Assembly (NCBI RefSeq): GCF_009914755.1
Contig: NC_060927.1
DNA: 64,000 nucleotides
DNA from: the human T2T-CHM13v2.0 reference genome, Homo sapiens
Direction: 5' to 3' (one strand)
Program-made: the position numbers and the translations under genes
The notes under the pieces: generated by a model
What the model saw: the letters and a program-made list of their open reading frames with translations, nothing else
Databases searched by the model: none
Told to the model about the DNA's origin: nothing
Part shown: positions 1 to 13,700 of the stretch, piece by piece
How positions within the stretch are numbered: the first letter of the stretch is position 1
Layout of the letters: every line of letters begins with the position of its first letter

Positions 1-38
1 TTTCTGAGAATTCTTCTGGTAAGGCTTATATGAAGAAA

Positions 39-1736
39 TCCCGTTTCCAATGAAGGCCTCAAGAAAGTCCAAATATTTACTTGCAGATTCTACAAAAAGA
101 GTGTTTCATAACTGGTCTATCAAAAGAAAGGTTAAACTCAGTGAGTTGAACCCACACATCACAAAGTAGTGTCTGAGAATCATTCTGTCTAGTTTTCCTA
201 CGAAGATATGGCCTTTTCTACCATAGGCCTCAAACGGCGCTAAATATCCACCTGGAAATTCTACAAAAACTGAGTTTCAAAGTGCTCTATTGAAAGGAAG
301 CTTCAACTCTGTGAGTTGAAGGTACACATCACAAAGAAGTTTCTGAGAATTCTTCTGTCTAGTTGTAAATGAAGAAATCACGTTTCAAACGAAGGCCACA
401 AAGAGGTCCAAATATCCACTTGCAGATTCTACAAAAAGAGTGTTTCAAAACGGCTCCATCAAGAGGAATGTTCAACTCTGGGCGTTGAATGCAAATATCA
501 CAAATAAGTTTCTGACAATACTTCTGTCTAGTTTTTATGTGAAGATATTTCCTTTCCTACTGTAGGCCTCAAAACGCTCTAAATAAACACTTGCAAACTC
601 CACAAAAAGAGTGTTTCCAAACTGCTCTATCAAAGGAAGTTTAATCTCTGTCAGCTGAATGCAAGCATCACAAAACAGCTTCGGAGAATGAATCTGCCTA
701 GTTTTTCGGTGAAGATATTTCTTGTTCTGCAATAGACCTCACACCGCTGTAAAAATCCACTTGGAAATTCTACAAAAAGAGTATTTCAAAACTCTTCTAT
801 CGAAAGGAAGTTTCAACTCCATGAGTTAAATGCACATATCACAAATAATTTTCTGAGGATTCTTCCTTCAAGTTTTATATGAAGAAATCCCGTTTCCAAA
901 GATGGCCTCAGAAAAGTCCCAATATACACTTGCAGATTCTACAAAAAGAGTTTTTCAAAACTGCTCTATCAAAACAAAGTTTAAACTCTGTGAGTTGAAG
1001 GCACACATCACAAATTAGTTTCTGAGAATCATTCTGTCTAGTTTTTCTATGAAGATATTGCCTTTTCCACCATAGGCCTCAAGCGGCGCTAAATATCCAC
1101 TTGGAAATTCTACAAAAAGAGTCTTACAAGAATGCTCTATCGAAAGGAAGCTTCAACACTGTGAGTTGCAAGCACACATCCCAAAGAAGTTTATGAGAAT
1201 TCTTCTGTCTAGTTTTCTATGAAGAAGTCACGTTTCAAACGAAGGCCACAGAGAGGTCCAAATATCCACTTGGAGATTCAACAAAAAGAGTTTTTCAAAA
1301 CTGCTCCATCAAGAAGAATATTCAACTCTGAGAGTTGAAGGCAGGTATCACAAAGTAGTTTCCGACAATGCTTCTGTGTAGATTTTATGTGAAGACATTC
1401 CCTTTAGTACCACAGGCCTGAAAGCACTCTAAATATAGAATTGCAAATTCCACAAAAAGAGTGTTTAAAACCGCTCGATCCAAAGAAAGGTTAAACTCTG
1501 TAAGCTGAATGCGCACATCACAAAGTAGCTTCAGAGAACAATTGTGTCTAGTTTTTCTGTGAAGATATTTTCTCTTCTACATAGGCCTGAAACCGCTCTA
1601 AATATACTCTTGGAAATTCTACAAAAAGAATATTTCAACACTCTTCTATCAAAAGGAAGGTTGAACTCTGAGAGTAAAATGCACACATCACAAAGAAGTT
1701 TCTGAGAATTCTTCTGTCAAGGTTTCTATGAAGAAA
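39..1736 (-). repeat. Representative 10-mer HOR unit, monomer pattern BABAA-BABAA, SF1/SF01-like (candidate chr3 D3-2 / S01C3H2)
   Basis: B-type box-bearing monomers at positions 1, 3, 6 and 8 (sites near 39, 378, 888, 1228). The context gaagaaatcccgtttccaa..gaaggcc resembles SF1/SF01 J-type monomers. The chromosome assignment is recalled, not verified; the confidence refers to that assignment. Confidence 0.55.
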
Positions 1737-4700
1737 TCCCGTTTCCAATGAAGGCCTCAAAAAAGTCCAAATATTTACTTGCAGATTCTACAAAAAGAGT
1801 GTTTCATAACTGGTCTAGTAAAAGAAAGGTTAAACTGAGTGAGTTGAACCCACACATCACAAAGTAGTTTCTGAGAATCATTCTGTCTAGTTCTCCTACG
1901 AAGATATAGCCTTTTCCACCATAGGCCTCAAACGGCGCTAAATATCCACCTGGAAATTCTACAAAAACTGAGTTTCAAAAGTGCTCTATTGAAAGGAAGC
2001 TTCACCACTGTGAGTTGAAGGTACACATCACAAAGAAGTTTCTGAGAATACTTCTGTCTACTTGTAAATGAAGAAATCACGTTTCAAACGAAGGCCACAA
2101 AGAGGTCCAAATATCCACTTGCAGATTCTACAAAAAGAGTGTTTCAAACTGCTCCATCAAGAGGAATGTTCAACTCTGTGCGTTGAATGCAAATATCACA
2201 AATAAGTTTCTGACAATACTTCTGTCTAGTTTTTATGTGAAGATATTTCCTTTCCTACTGTAGGCCTCAAAACGCTCTAAATATACACTTGCAAATTCCA
2301 CAAAAAGAGTGTTTCAAAACTGCTCTATCAAAGGAACTTTAAACTCTGTAAGCTTAATGCAAGCATCACAAAAGAGCTTCGGAGAATGAATCTGCCTAGT
2401 TTTTCTGTGAAGATATTTCTTTTTCTGCCATAGACCTCACACCGCTGTAAAAATCCACTTGGAAATTCTACAAAAAGAGTATTTCAAAACTCTTCTATCG
2501 AAAGGAATTTTCAACTCCATGAGTTAAATGCACATATCACAAATAATTTTCTGAGGATTCTTCTTTCAAGTTTTATAGGAAGAAATCCCGTTTCCAAAGA
2601 TGGCCTCAGAAAAGTCCCAATATACACTTGCAGATTCTACAAAAAGTGTTTTTTAAAACTGCTCTATCAAAAGAAAGGTTAAACTCTGTGAGTTGAAGGC
2701 ACACATCACAAAGTAGTTTCTGAGAATCATTCTGTCTAGTTTTTCTATGAAGATATTGCCTTTTCCACCATAGGCCTCAAACGGCGCTAAATATCCACTT
2801 GGAAATTCTACAAAAAGAGAGTTACAAGACTGCTCTATCGAAATGAAGCTTCAACTCTGCGAGTTGCAAGCACACATCCCAAAGAAGTTTATGAGAATTC
2901 TTCTGTCTAGTTTTCTATGAAGAAGTCACGTTTCAAACGAAGGCCACAAAGAGGTCCAAATATCCACTTGTAGATTCAACAAAAAGACTTTTTCAAAACT
3001 GCTCCATCAAGAGGAATATTCAACTCTGAGAGTTGAAGGCAGGTATCACAAAGTGGTTTCCGACAATGCTTCTGTCTAGATTTTATGTGAAGACATTCCC
3101 TTTTGTACCACAGGCCTGAAATCACTCTAAATATAGAATTGCAAAATACACAAACAGAGTGTTTAAAACCGCTCGATCCAAAGAAAGGTTAAACCCTGTA
3201 AGGTGAATGCGCACATCACAAAGTAGCTTCAGAGAACAATTGTGTCTAGTTTTTCTGTGAAGATATTTTCTCTTCTACATAGGCCTGAAACTGCTCTAAA
3301 TATTCACCTGGAAATTCTATAAAAAGAATATTTCAACACTCTTCTATCAAAAGGAAGGTTGAACTCTGAGAGTTAAATGCACACATCACAAAGAAGTTTC
3401 TGAGAATCCCTCTGTCAAGGTTTCTATGAAGGAATCCCGTTTCCAATGAAGGCCTCAAGAAAGTCCAAATATTTACTTGCAGATTCTACAAAAAGAGTGT
3501 TTCATAACTGGTCTATCCAAAGAAAGGTTAACCTCAGTGAGTTGAACGCACACATCACAAAGTAGTTTCTGAGAATCATTCTGTCTAGTTTTCCTACGAA
3601 GATATGGCCTTTTCTACCATAGGCCTCAAACGGCGCTAAATATCCACCTGGAAATTCTACAAAAACTGAGTTTCAAAGTGCTCTATTGAAAGGAAGCTTC
3701 AACTCTGTGAGTTGAAGGTACACATCACAAAGAAGTTTCTGAGAATTCTTCAGTCTAGTTGTAAATGAAGAAATCACGTTTCAAACGAAGGCCACAAAGA
3801 GGTCCAAATATACACTTGCAGATTCTACAAAAAGAGTGTTTCAAAAGTGCTCCATCAAGAGGAATGTTCAACTCTGTGTGTTGAATGCAAATATCACAAA
3901 TAAGTTTCTGACAATACTTCTGTCTAGTTTTTATGTGAAGATATTTCCTTTCCTACTGTAGGCCTGAAAACGCTCTAAATATACACTTGCAAATTCCACA
4001 AAAAGAGTGTTTCAAAACTGCTCTATCAAAGGAACTTTAAACTCTGTAAGCTTAATGCAAGCATCACAAAACAGCTTCGGAGAATGAATCTGCCTAGTTT
4101 TTCTGTGAAGATATTTCTTTTTCTGCCATAGACCTCACACCGCTGTAAAAATCCACTTCGAAATTCTACAAAAAGAGTATTTCAAAACTTTTCTATCGAA
4201 AGGAAGTTTCAACTCCATGAGTTAAATGCACATATCACAAATAATTTTCTGAGGATTCTTCCTTCAAGTTTTATATGAAGAAATCCAGTTTCCAAAGATG
4301 GCCTCAGAAAAGTCCCAATATACACTTGCAGATTCTACAAAAAGAGTTTTTCAAAACTGCTCTATCAAAAGAAAGTTTAAACTCTGTGAGTTGAAGGCAC
4401 ACATCACAAAGTAGTTTCTGAGAATCATTCTGTCTAGTTTTTCTATGAAGATATTGCCTTTTCCACCATAGGCCTCAAACGGCGCTAAATATCCACTTGG
4501 AAATTCTACAAAAAGAGAGTTACAAGACTGCTCTATCGAAAGGAAGCTTCAACTCTGTGAGTTGCAAGCACACATCACGAAGAAGTTTATGAGAATTCTT
4601 CTGTCTAGTTTTCTATGAAGAAGTCACGTTTCAAACGAAGGCCACATAGAGGTCCAAATATCCACTTGGAGATTCAACAAAAAGAGTTTTTCAAAACTGC

Positions 4701-7700
4701 TCCATCAAGAGGAATATTCAACTCTGAGAGTTGAAGGCAGGTATCACAAAGTAGTTCCCGACAATGCTTCTGTATAGATTTTATGTGAAGACATTCCCTT
4801 TTGTACCACAGGCCTGAAAGCACTCTAAATATAGAATTGCAAATTCCACAAAAAGAGTGTATAAAACCCCTCAATCCAAAGAAAGGTTAAACTGTGTAAG
4901 CTGAATGCGCACATCACAAAGTAGCTTCAGAGAACAATTGTGTCTAGTTTTTCTGTGAAGATATTTTCTCTTCTAGATAGGCCTGAAACCGCTCTAAATA
5001 TTCACTTGGAAATTCTACAAAAAGAATATTTCAACACTCTTCTATCAAAAGGAAGGTTGAACTCTGAGAGTTAAATGCACACATCACAAAGAAGTTTCTG
5101 AGAATTCTTCTGTCAAGGTTTCTATGAAGAAATCCCGTTTCCAATGAAGGCCTCAAAAAAGTCCAAATATTTACTTGCAGATTCTTCAAAAAGAGTGTTT
5201 CATAACTGGTCTAACAAAAGAAAGGTTAAACTCAGTGAGTTGAACCCACACATCACAATGTAGTTTCTGAGAATCATTCTGTCTAGTTTTTCTACGAAGA
5301 TATTGCCTTTTCCACAATAGGCCTCAAACGGCGCTAAATATCCACCTGGAAATTCTACAAAAACTGAGTTTCAAAAGTGCTCTATTGAAAGGAAGCTTCA
5401 ACTCTGTGAGTTGAATATACACATCACAAAGAAGTTTCTGAGAATTCTTCTGTCTAGTTGTAAATGAAGAAATCACGTTTCAAACGAAGGCCACAAAGAG
5501 GTCCAAATATCCACTTGCAGATTCTACAAAAAGAGTGTTTCAAAACTGCTCCATCAAGAGGAATGTTCAACTCTGTGCGTTGAATGCAAATATCACAAAT
5601 AAGTTTCTGACAATACTTCTGTCTAGTTTTTATGTGAAGATATTTCCTTTCCTACTGTAGGCCTCAAAACGCTCTAAATATACACTTGCAAATTCCACAA
5701 AAAGAGTGTTTCAAAACTGCTCTATCAAAGGAAGTTTAAACTCTGTACGCTTAATGCAAGCATCACAAAACAGCTTCGGAGAATGAATCTGCCTAGTTTT
5801 TCTGTGAAGATATTCCTTTTTCTGCCATAGACCTCACACCGCTGTAAAAATCCACTTGGAAATTCTACAAAAAGATTATTTCAAAACTTTTCTATCGAAA
5901 GGAAGTTTCAACTCCATGAGTTAAATGCACATATCACAAATAATTTTCAGAGGATTCTTCCTTCAAGTTTTATAGGAAGAAATCCCGTTTCCAAAGATGG
6001 CCTCAGAAAAGTCCCAATATACACTTGCAGATTCTACAAAAAGAGTTTTTCAAAACTGCTCTATCAAAACAAAGGTTAAACTCTGTGAGTTGAAGGCACA
6101 CATCACAAAGAAGTTTCTGAGAATCATTCTGTCTAGTTTTTCTATGAAGATATTGCCTTTTCCACCATAGGCCTCAAACGGCGCAAAATATCCACTTGGA
6201 AATTCTACAAAAAGAGAGTTACAGGACTGCTCTATCGAAAGGAAGCCTCAACTCTGTGAGTTGAAAGCAGACATCCCAAAGAAGTTTATGAGAATTCTTC
6301 TGTCTAGTTTTCTATGAAGAAGTCACGTTTCAAACGAAGGCCACAAAGAGGTCCAAATATCCACTTGGAGATTCAACAAAAAGAGTTTTTCAAAACTGCT
6401 CCATCAAGAGGAATATTCAACTCTGAGAGTTGAAGGCAGGTATCACAATATAGTTTCCGACAATGCTTCTGTCTAGATTTTATGTGAAGACATTCCCTTT
6501 TGTACCACAGGCCTGAAAGCACTCTAAATATAGAATTGCAAATTCCACAAAAAGAGTGTTTAAAACCGCTCTATCCAAAGAAAGGTTAAACTCTGTAAGC
6601 TGAATGCGCACATCACAAAGTAGCTTCAGAGAACAATTGTGTCTAGTTTTTCTGTGAAGATATTTTCTCTTCTACATAGGCCTGAAACCGCTCTAAATAT
6701 TCACTTGGAAATTCTACAAAAAGAATATTTCAACACTCTTCTATCAAAAGGAAGGTTGAACTCTGAGAGCTAAATGCACACATCACAAAGAAGATTCTGA
6801 GAATTCTTCTGTCAAGGTTTCTATGAAGAAATCCCGTTTCCAATGAAGGCCTCAAAAAAGTCCAAATATTTACTTGCAGATTCTACAAAAAGAGTGTTTC
6901 ATAACTGGTCTATCAACAGAAAGGTTAAACTCAGTGAGTTGAACCCACACATCACAAAGTAGTTTCTGAGAATCATTCTGTCTAGTTTTCCTACGAAGAT
7001 ATTGCCTTTTCTACCATAGGCCTCAAACGGCGCTAAATATCCACCTGGAAATTCTACAAAAACTGAGTTTCAAAAGTGCTCTATTGAAAGGAAGCTTCAA
7101 CTCTGTGAGTTGAAGGTACACATCACAAAGAAGTTTCTGAGAATTCTTCTGTCTAGTTGTAAATGAAGAAATCACGTTTCAAACGAAGGCCACAAAGAGG
7201 TCCAAATATCCACTTGCAGATTCTACAAAAAGAGTGTTTCAAAACTGCTCCATCACGAGGAATGTTCAACTCTGTGCGTTGAATGCAAATATCACAAATA
7301 AGTTTCTGACAATACTTCTGTCTAGTTTTTACGTGAAGATATTTCCTTTCCTACTGTAGGCCTCAAAACGCTCTAAATATACACTTGCAAATTCCACAAA
7401 AAGAGTGTTTCAAAACTGCTCTATCAAAGGAAGTTTAAACTCTGTAAGCCTAATGCAAGCATCACAAAACAGCTTCGGAGAATGAATCTGCCTAGTTTTT
7501 CTGTGAAGATATTTCTTTTTCTGCCATAGACCTCACACCGCTGTAAAAATCCACTTGGAAATTCTACAAAAAGAGTATTTCAAAACTCTTCTATCGAAAG
7601 GAAGTTTCAACTCCATGAGTTAAATGCACATATCACAAATAATTTTCAGAGGATTCTTCCTTCAAGTTTTATATGAAGAAATCCCGTTTCCAAAGATGGC

Positions 7701-10700
7701 CTCAGAAAAGTCCCAATATACACTTGCAGATTCTACAAAAAGAGTTTTTCAAAACTGCTCTATCAAAAGAAAGGTTAAACACTGTGAGTTGAAGGCACAC
7801 ATCACAAAGAAGTTTCTGAGAATCATTCTGTCTAGTTTTTCTATGAAGATATTGCCTTTTCCACCATAGGCCTCAAACGGCCCTAAATATCCACTTGGAA
7901 ATTCTACAAAAAGAGAGTTACAGGACTCCTCTATCGAAAGGAAGCTTCAACTCTGTGAGTTGAAAGCACACATCACAAAGAAGTTTATGAGAATTCTTCT
8001 CTCTAGTTTTCTATGAAGAAGTCACGTTTGAAACGAAGGCCACAAAGAGGTCCAAATATCCACTTGGAGATTCAACAAAAAGAATTTTTCAAAACTGCTC
8101 CATCAAGAGGAATATTCAACCCTGAGAGTTGAAGGCAGGTATCACAAAGTAGTTTCCGACAATGCTTCTGTCTAGATTTTATGTGAAGACATTCCCTTTT
8201 GTACCAAAGGCCTGAAAGCACTCTAACCATAGAATTGCAAATTCCACAAAAAGAGTGTTTAAAACCGCTCGATCCAAAGAAAGGTTAAACTCTGTAAGCT
8301 GAATGCGCACATCACAGAGTAGCTTCAGAGAACAATTGTGTCTAGTTTATCTGTGAAGATATTTTCTCTTCTACATAGGCCTGAAACCGCTCTAAATATT
8401 CATTGGAAATTCTACAAAAAGTATATTTCAACACTCTTCTATCAAAAGGAAGGTTGAACTCTGAGAGTTAAATGCACACATCACAAAGAATTTTCTGAGA
8501 ATTCTTCTGTCAAGGTTTCTATGAAGAAATCCCGTTTCCAATGAAGGCCTCAAAAAAGTCCAAATATTTACTTGCATGTTCTACCAAAAGGGTGTTTCAT
8601 AACTGGTCTATCAAAAGAAAGGTTAAACTCAGTGAGTTGAACCCACACATCACAAAGTAGTTTCTGAGAATCATTCTGTCTAGTTTTCCTACGAAGATAT
8701 TGCCTTTTCTACCATAGGCCTCAAACGGCGCTAAATATCCACCTGGAAATTCTACAAAAACTGAGTTTCAAAAGTGCTCTATTGAAAGGAAGCTTCAACA
8801 CTGTGAGTTGAAGATACACATCACAAAGAAGTTTCTGAGAATTCTTCTGTCTAGTTGTAAATGAAGAAATCACGTTTCAAACGAAGGCCACAAAGAGGTC
8901 CAAATATCCACTTGCAGATTCTACAAAAAGAGTGTTTCAAAACTGCTCCATCACGAGGAATGTTCAACTCTGTGCGTTGAATGCAAATATCACAAATAAG
9001 TTTCTGACAATACTTCTGTCTAGTTTTTACGTGAAGATATTTCCTTTCCTACTGTAGGCCTCAAAACGCTCTAAATATACACTTGCAAATTCCACAAAAA
9101 GAGTGTTTCAAAACTGCTCTATCAAAGGAAGTTTAAACTCTGTAAGCCTAATGCAGGCATCACAAAACAGCTTCGGAGAATGAATCTGCCTAGTTTTTCT
9201 GTGAAGATATTTCTTTTTCTGCCATAGACCTCACACCGCTGTAAAAATCCACTTGGAAATTCTACAAAAAGAGTATTTCAAAACTCTTCTATCGAAAGGA
9301 AGTTTCAACTCCATGAGTTAAATGCACATATCACAAATAATTTTCTGAGGATTCTTCTTTCACGTTTTATATGAAGAAATCCAGTTTCCAAAGATGGCCT
9401 CAGAAAAGTCCCAATATACACTTGCAGATTCTACAAAAAGAGTTTTTCAAAACTGCTCTATCAAAAGAAAGGTTAAACTCAGTGAGTTGAAGGCACACAT
9501 CACAAAGTAGTTTCTGAGAATCATTCTGTCTAGTTTTTCTATGAAGATATTGCCTTTTCCACCATAGGCCCCAAACGGCACTAAATATCCACTTGGAAAT
9601 TCTTCAAAAAGAGAGTTACAAGACTGCTCTATCGAAAGGAAGCTTCAACTCTGCGAGTTGAAAGCACACATCACAAAGAAGTTTATGGGAATTCTTCTGT
9701 CTAGTTTTGTATGAAGAAGTCACGTTTCAAACGAAGGCCACAAAGAGGTCCAAATATCCACTTGGAGATTCAACAAAAAGAGTTTTTCAAAACTGCTCCA
9801 TCAAGAGGAATATTCAACTCTGAGAGTTGAAGGCAGGTATCCCAAAGTAGTTCCCGACAATGCTTCTGTCTAGATTTTATGTGAAGACATTCCCTTTTGT
9901 ACCACAGGCCTGAAAGCACTCTAAATATAGAATTGCAAATTCCACAAAAAGAGTGTTTAAAACCGCTCTATCCAAAGAAAGGTTAAACTCTGTAAGCTGA
10001 ATGCGCACATCACAAAGTAGCTTCAGAGAACAATTGTGTCTAGTTTTTCTGTGAAGATATTTTCTCTTCTACATAGGCCTGAAACCGCTCTAAATATTCA
10101 CTTGGAAATTCTACAAAAAGAATATTTCAACACTCTTCTATCAAAAGGAAGGTTGAACTCTGAGAGTTAAATGCACACATCACAAAGAAGTTTCTGAGAA
10201 TTCTTCTGTCCAGGTTTCTATGAAGAAATCCCGTTTCCAATGAAGGCCTCAAAAAAGTCCAAATATTTACATGCAGATTGTACAAAAAGAGTGTTTCATA
10301 ACTGGTCTATCAAAAGAAAGGTTAAACTCAGTGAGTTGAACCCACACATCACAAAGTAGTTTCTGAGAATCATTCTGTCTAGTTTTCCTACGAAGATATT
10401 GCCTTTTCTACCTTAGGCCTCAAACGGCGCTAAATATCCACCTGGAAATTCTACAAAAACTGAGTTTCAAAAGTGCTCTATTGAAAGGAAGCTTCAACTC
10501 TGTGAGTTGAAGGTACACATCACAAAGAAGTTTCTGAGAATTCTTCTGTCTAGTTGTAAATGAAGAAATCACGTTTCAAACGAAGGCCACAAAGAGGTCC
10601 AAATATCCACTTGCAGATTCTACAAAAAGAGTGTTTCAAAACTGCTCCATCACGAGGAATGTTCAACTCTGTGCGTTGAATGCAAATATCACAAATAAGT

Positions 10701-13700
10701 TTCTGACAATACTTCTGTCTAGTTTTTACGTGAAGATATTTCCTTTCCTACTGTAGGCCTCAAAACGCTCTAAATATACACTTGCAAATTCCACAAAAAG
10801 AGTGTTTCAAAACTGCTCTATCAAAGGAAGTTTAAACTCTGTAAGCCTAATGCAAGCATCACAAAACAGCTTCGGAGAATGAATCTGCCTAGTTTTTCTG
10901 TGAAGATATTTCTTTTTCTGCCATAGACCTCACACCGCTGTAAAAATCCACTTGGAAATTCTACAAAAAGAGTATTTCAAAACTCTTCTATCGAAAGGAA
11001 GTTTCAACTCCATGAGTTAAATGCACATATCACAAATAATTTTCTGAGGATTCTTCTTTCAAGTTTTATATGAAGAAATCCCGTTTCCAAAGATGGCCTC
11101 AGAAAAGTCCCAATATACACTTGCAGATTCTACAAAAAGAGTTTTTCGAAACTGCTCTAACAAAAGAAAGGTTAAACTCTGTGAGTTGAAGGCACACATC
11201 ACAAAGTAGTTTCTGAGAATCATTCTTTCTAGTTTTTCTATGAAGATATTGCCTTTTCCACCCTAGGCCTCAAACGGCGCTAAATATCCACTTGGAAATT
11301 CTTCAAAAAGAGAGCTACAAGACTGCTCTATCGAAAGGAAGCTTCAACTCTCCGAGTTGAAAGCACACATCACAAAGAAGTTTATGGGAATTCTTCTGTC
11401 TAGTTTTGTATGAAGAAGTCACGTTTCAAACGAAGGCCACAAAGAGGTCCAAATATCCACTTGGAGATTCAACAAAAAGAGTTTTTCAAAACTGCTCCAT
11501 CAAGAGGAATATTCAACTCTGAGAGTTGAAGGCAGGTATCACAATATAGTTTCCGACAATGCTTCTGTCTAGATTTTATGTGAAGACATTCCCTTTTGTA
11601 CCACAGGCCTGAAAGCACTCTAAATATAGAATTGCAAATTCCACAAAAAGAGTGTTTAAAACCGCTCTATCCAAAGAAAGGTTAAACTCTGTAAGCTGAA
11701 TGCGCACATCACAAAGTAGCTTCAGAGAACAATTGTGTCTAGTTTTCCTGTGAAGATATTTTCTCTTCTACATAGGCCTGAAACCGCTCTAAATATTCAC
11801 CTGGAAATTCTACAAAAAGAATATTTCAACACTCTTCTATCAAAAGGAAGGTTGAACTCTGAGAGTTAAATGCACACATCACAAAGAAGTTTCTGAGAAT
11901 TCTTCTGTCAAGGTTTCTATGAAGAAATCCCGTTTCCAATGAAGGCCTCAAAAAAGTCCAAATATTTACTTGCAGATTCTACACAAAGAGTGTTTCATAA
12001 CTGGTCTATCAAAAGAAAGGTTAAACTCAGTGAGTTGAACCCACACATCACAAAGTAGTTTCTGAGAATCATTCTGTCTAGTTTTCCTATGAAGATATTG
12101 CCTTTTCTACCATAGGCCTCAAACAGCGCTAAATATCCACCTGGAAATTCTACAAAAACTGAGTTTCAAAAGTGCTCTATTGAAAGGAAGCTTCAAGTCT
12201 GTGAGTTGAATGTACACATCACAAAGTAGTTTCTGAGAATTCTTCTGTCTAGTTTTAAATGAATAAATCACGTTTCAAACGAAGGCCACAAAGAGGTCCA
12301 AATATTCACTTGCAGATTCTACAAAAAGAGTGTTTCAAAACTGCTCCATCACGAGGAATGTTCAACTCTGTGCGTTGAATGCAAATATCACAAATAAGTT
12401 TCTGACAATACTTCTGTCTATTTTTTATGTGAAGATATTTCCTTTCCTACTGTAGGCCTCAAAACGCTCTAAATATACACTTGCAAATTCCACAAAAGGG
12501 TGTTTCAAAACTGCTCTATCAAAGGAAGCTTAAACTCTGTAAACTTAATGCAAGCATCACAAAACAGCTTCGGAGAATGAATCTGCCTAGTTTTTCTGTG
12601 AAGATATTTCTTTTTCTGCCATAGACCTCAAACCGCTGTAAAAATCCACATGGAAATACTACAAAAAGAGTATTTCAAAACTCTTCTATCGAAAGGAAGT
12701 TTCAACTCCATGAGTTAAATGCACATATCACAAATAATTTTCTGAGGATTCTTCTTTCAAGTTTTATATGAAGAAATCCCGTTTCCAAAGATGGCCTCAG
12801 AAAAGTCCCAATATACACTTGCAGATTCTACAAAAAGAGTTTTTCAAAACTGCTCTATCAAAAGAAAGGTTAAACTCAGTGAGTTGAAGGCACACATCAC
12901 AAAGTAGTTTCTGAGAATCATTCTGTCTAGTTTTTCTATGAAGATATTGCCTTTTCCACCATAGGCCCCAAACGGCACTAAATATCCACTTGGAAATTCT
13001 TCAAAAAGAGAGTTACAAGACTGCTCTATCGAAAGGAAGCTTCAACTCTGCGAGTTGAAAGCACACATCACAAAGAAGTTTATGGGAATTCTTCTGTCTA
13101 GTTTTGTATGAAGAAGTCACGTTTCAAACGAAGGCCACAAAGAGGTCCAAATATCCACTTGGAGATTCAACAAAAAGAGTTTTTCAAAACTGCTCCATCA
13201 AGAGGAATATTCAACTCTGAGAGTTGAAGGCAGGTATCCCAAAGTAGTTCCCGACAATGCTTCAGTCTAGATTTTATGTGAAGACATTCCCTTTTGTACC
13301 ACAGGCCTGAAAGCACTCTAAATATAGAATTGCAAATTCCACAAAAAGAGTGTTTAAAACCGCTCTATCCAAAGAAAGGTTAAACTCTGTAAGCTGAATG
13401 CGCACATCACAAAGTAGCTTCAGAGAACAATTGTGTCTAGTTTTTCTGTGAAGATATTTTCTCTTCTACATAGGCCTGAAACCGCTCTAAATATTCACTT
13501 GGAAATTCTACAAAAAGAATATTTCAACACTCTTCTATCAAAAGGAAGGTTGAACTCTGAGAGTTAAATGCACACATCACAAAGAAGTTTCTGAGAATTC
13601 TTCTGTCCAGGTTTATATGAAGAAATCCCGTTTCCAATGAAGGCCTCAAAAAAGTCCAAATATTTACATGCAGATTGTACAAAAAGAGTGTTTCATAACT

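Noticed and set aside
535-7869. ORFs 535..732, 4674..4874 and 7624..7869
   Set aside because: Chance open frames in satellite created by single-copy SNPs; equivalent positions in other HOR copies are closed.
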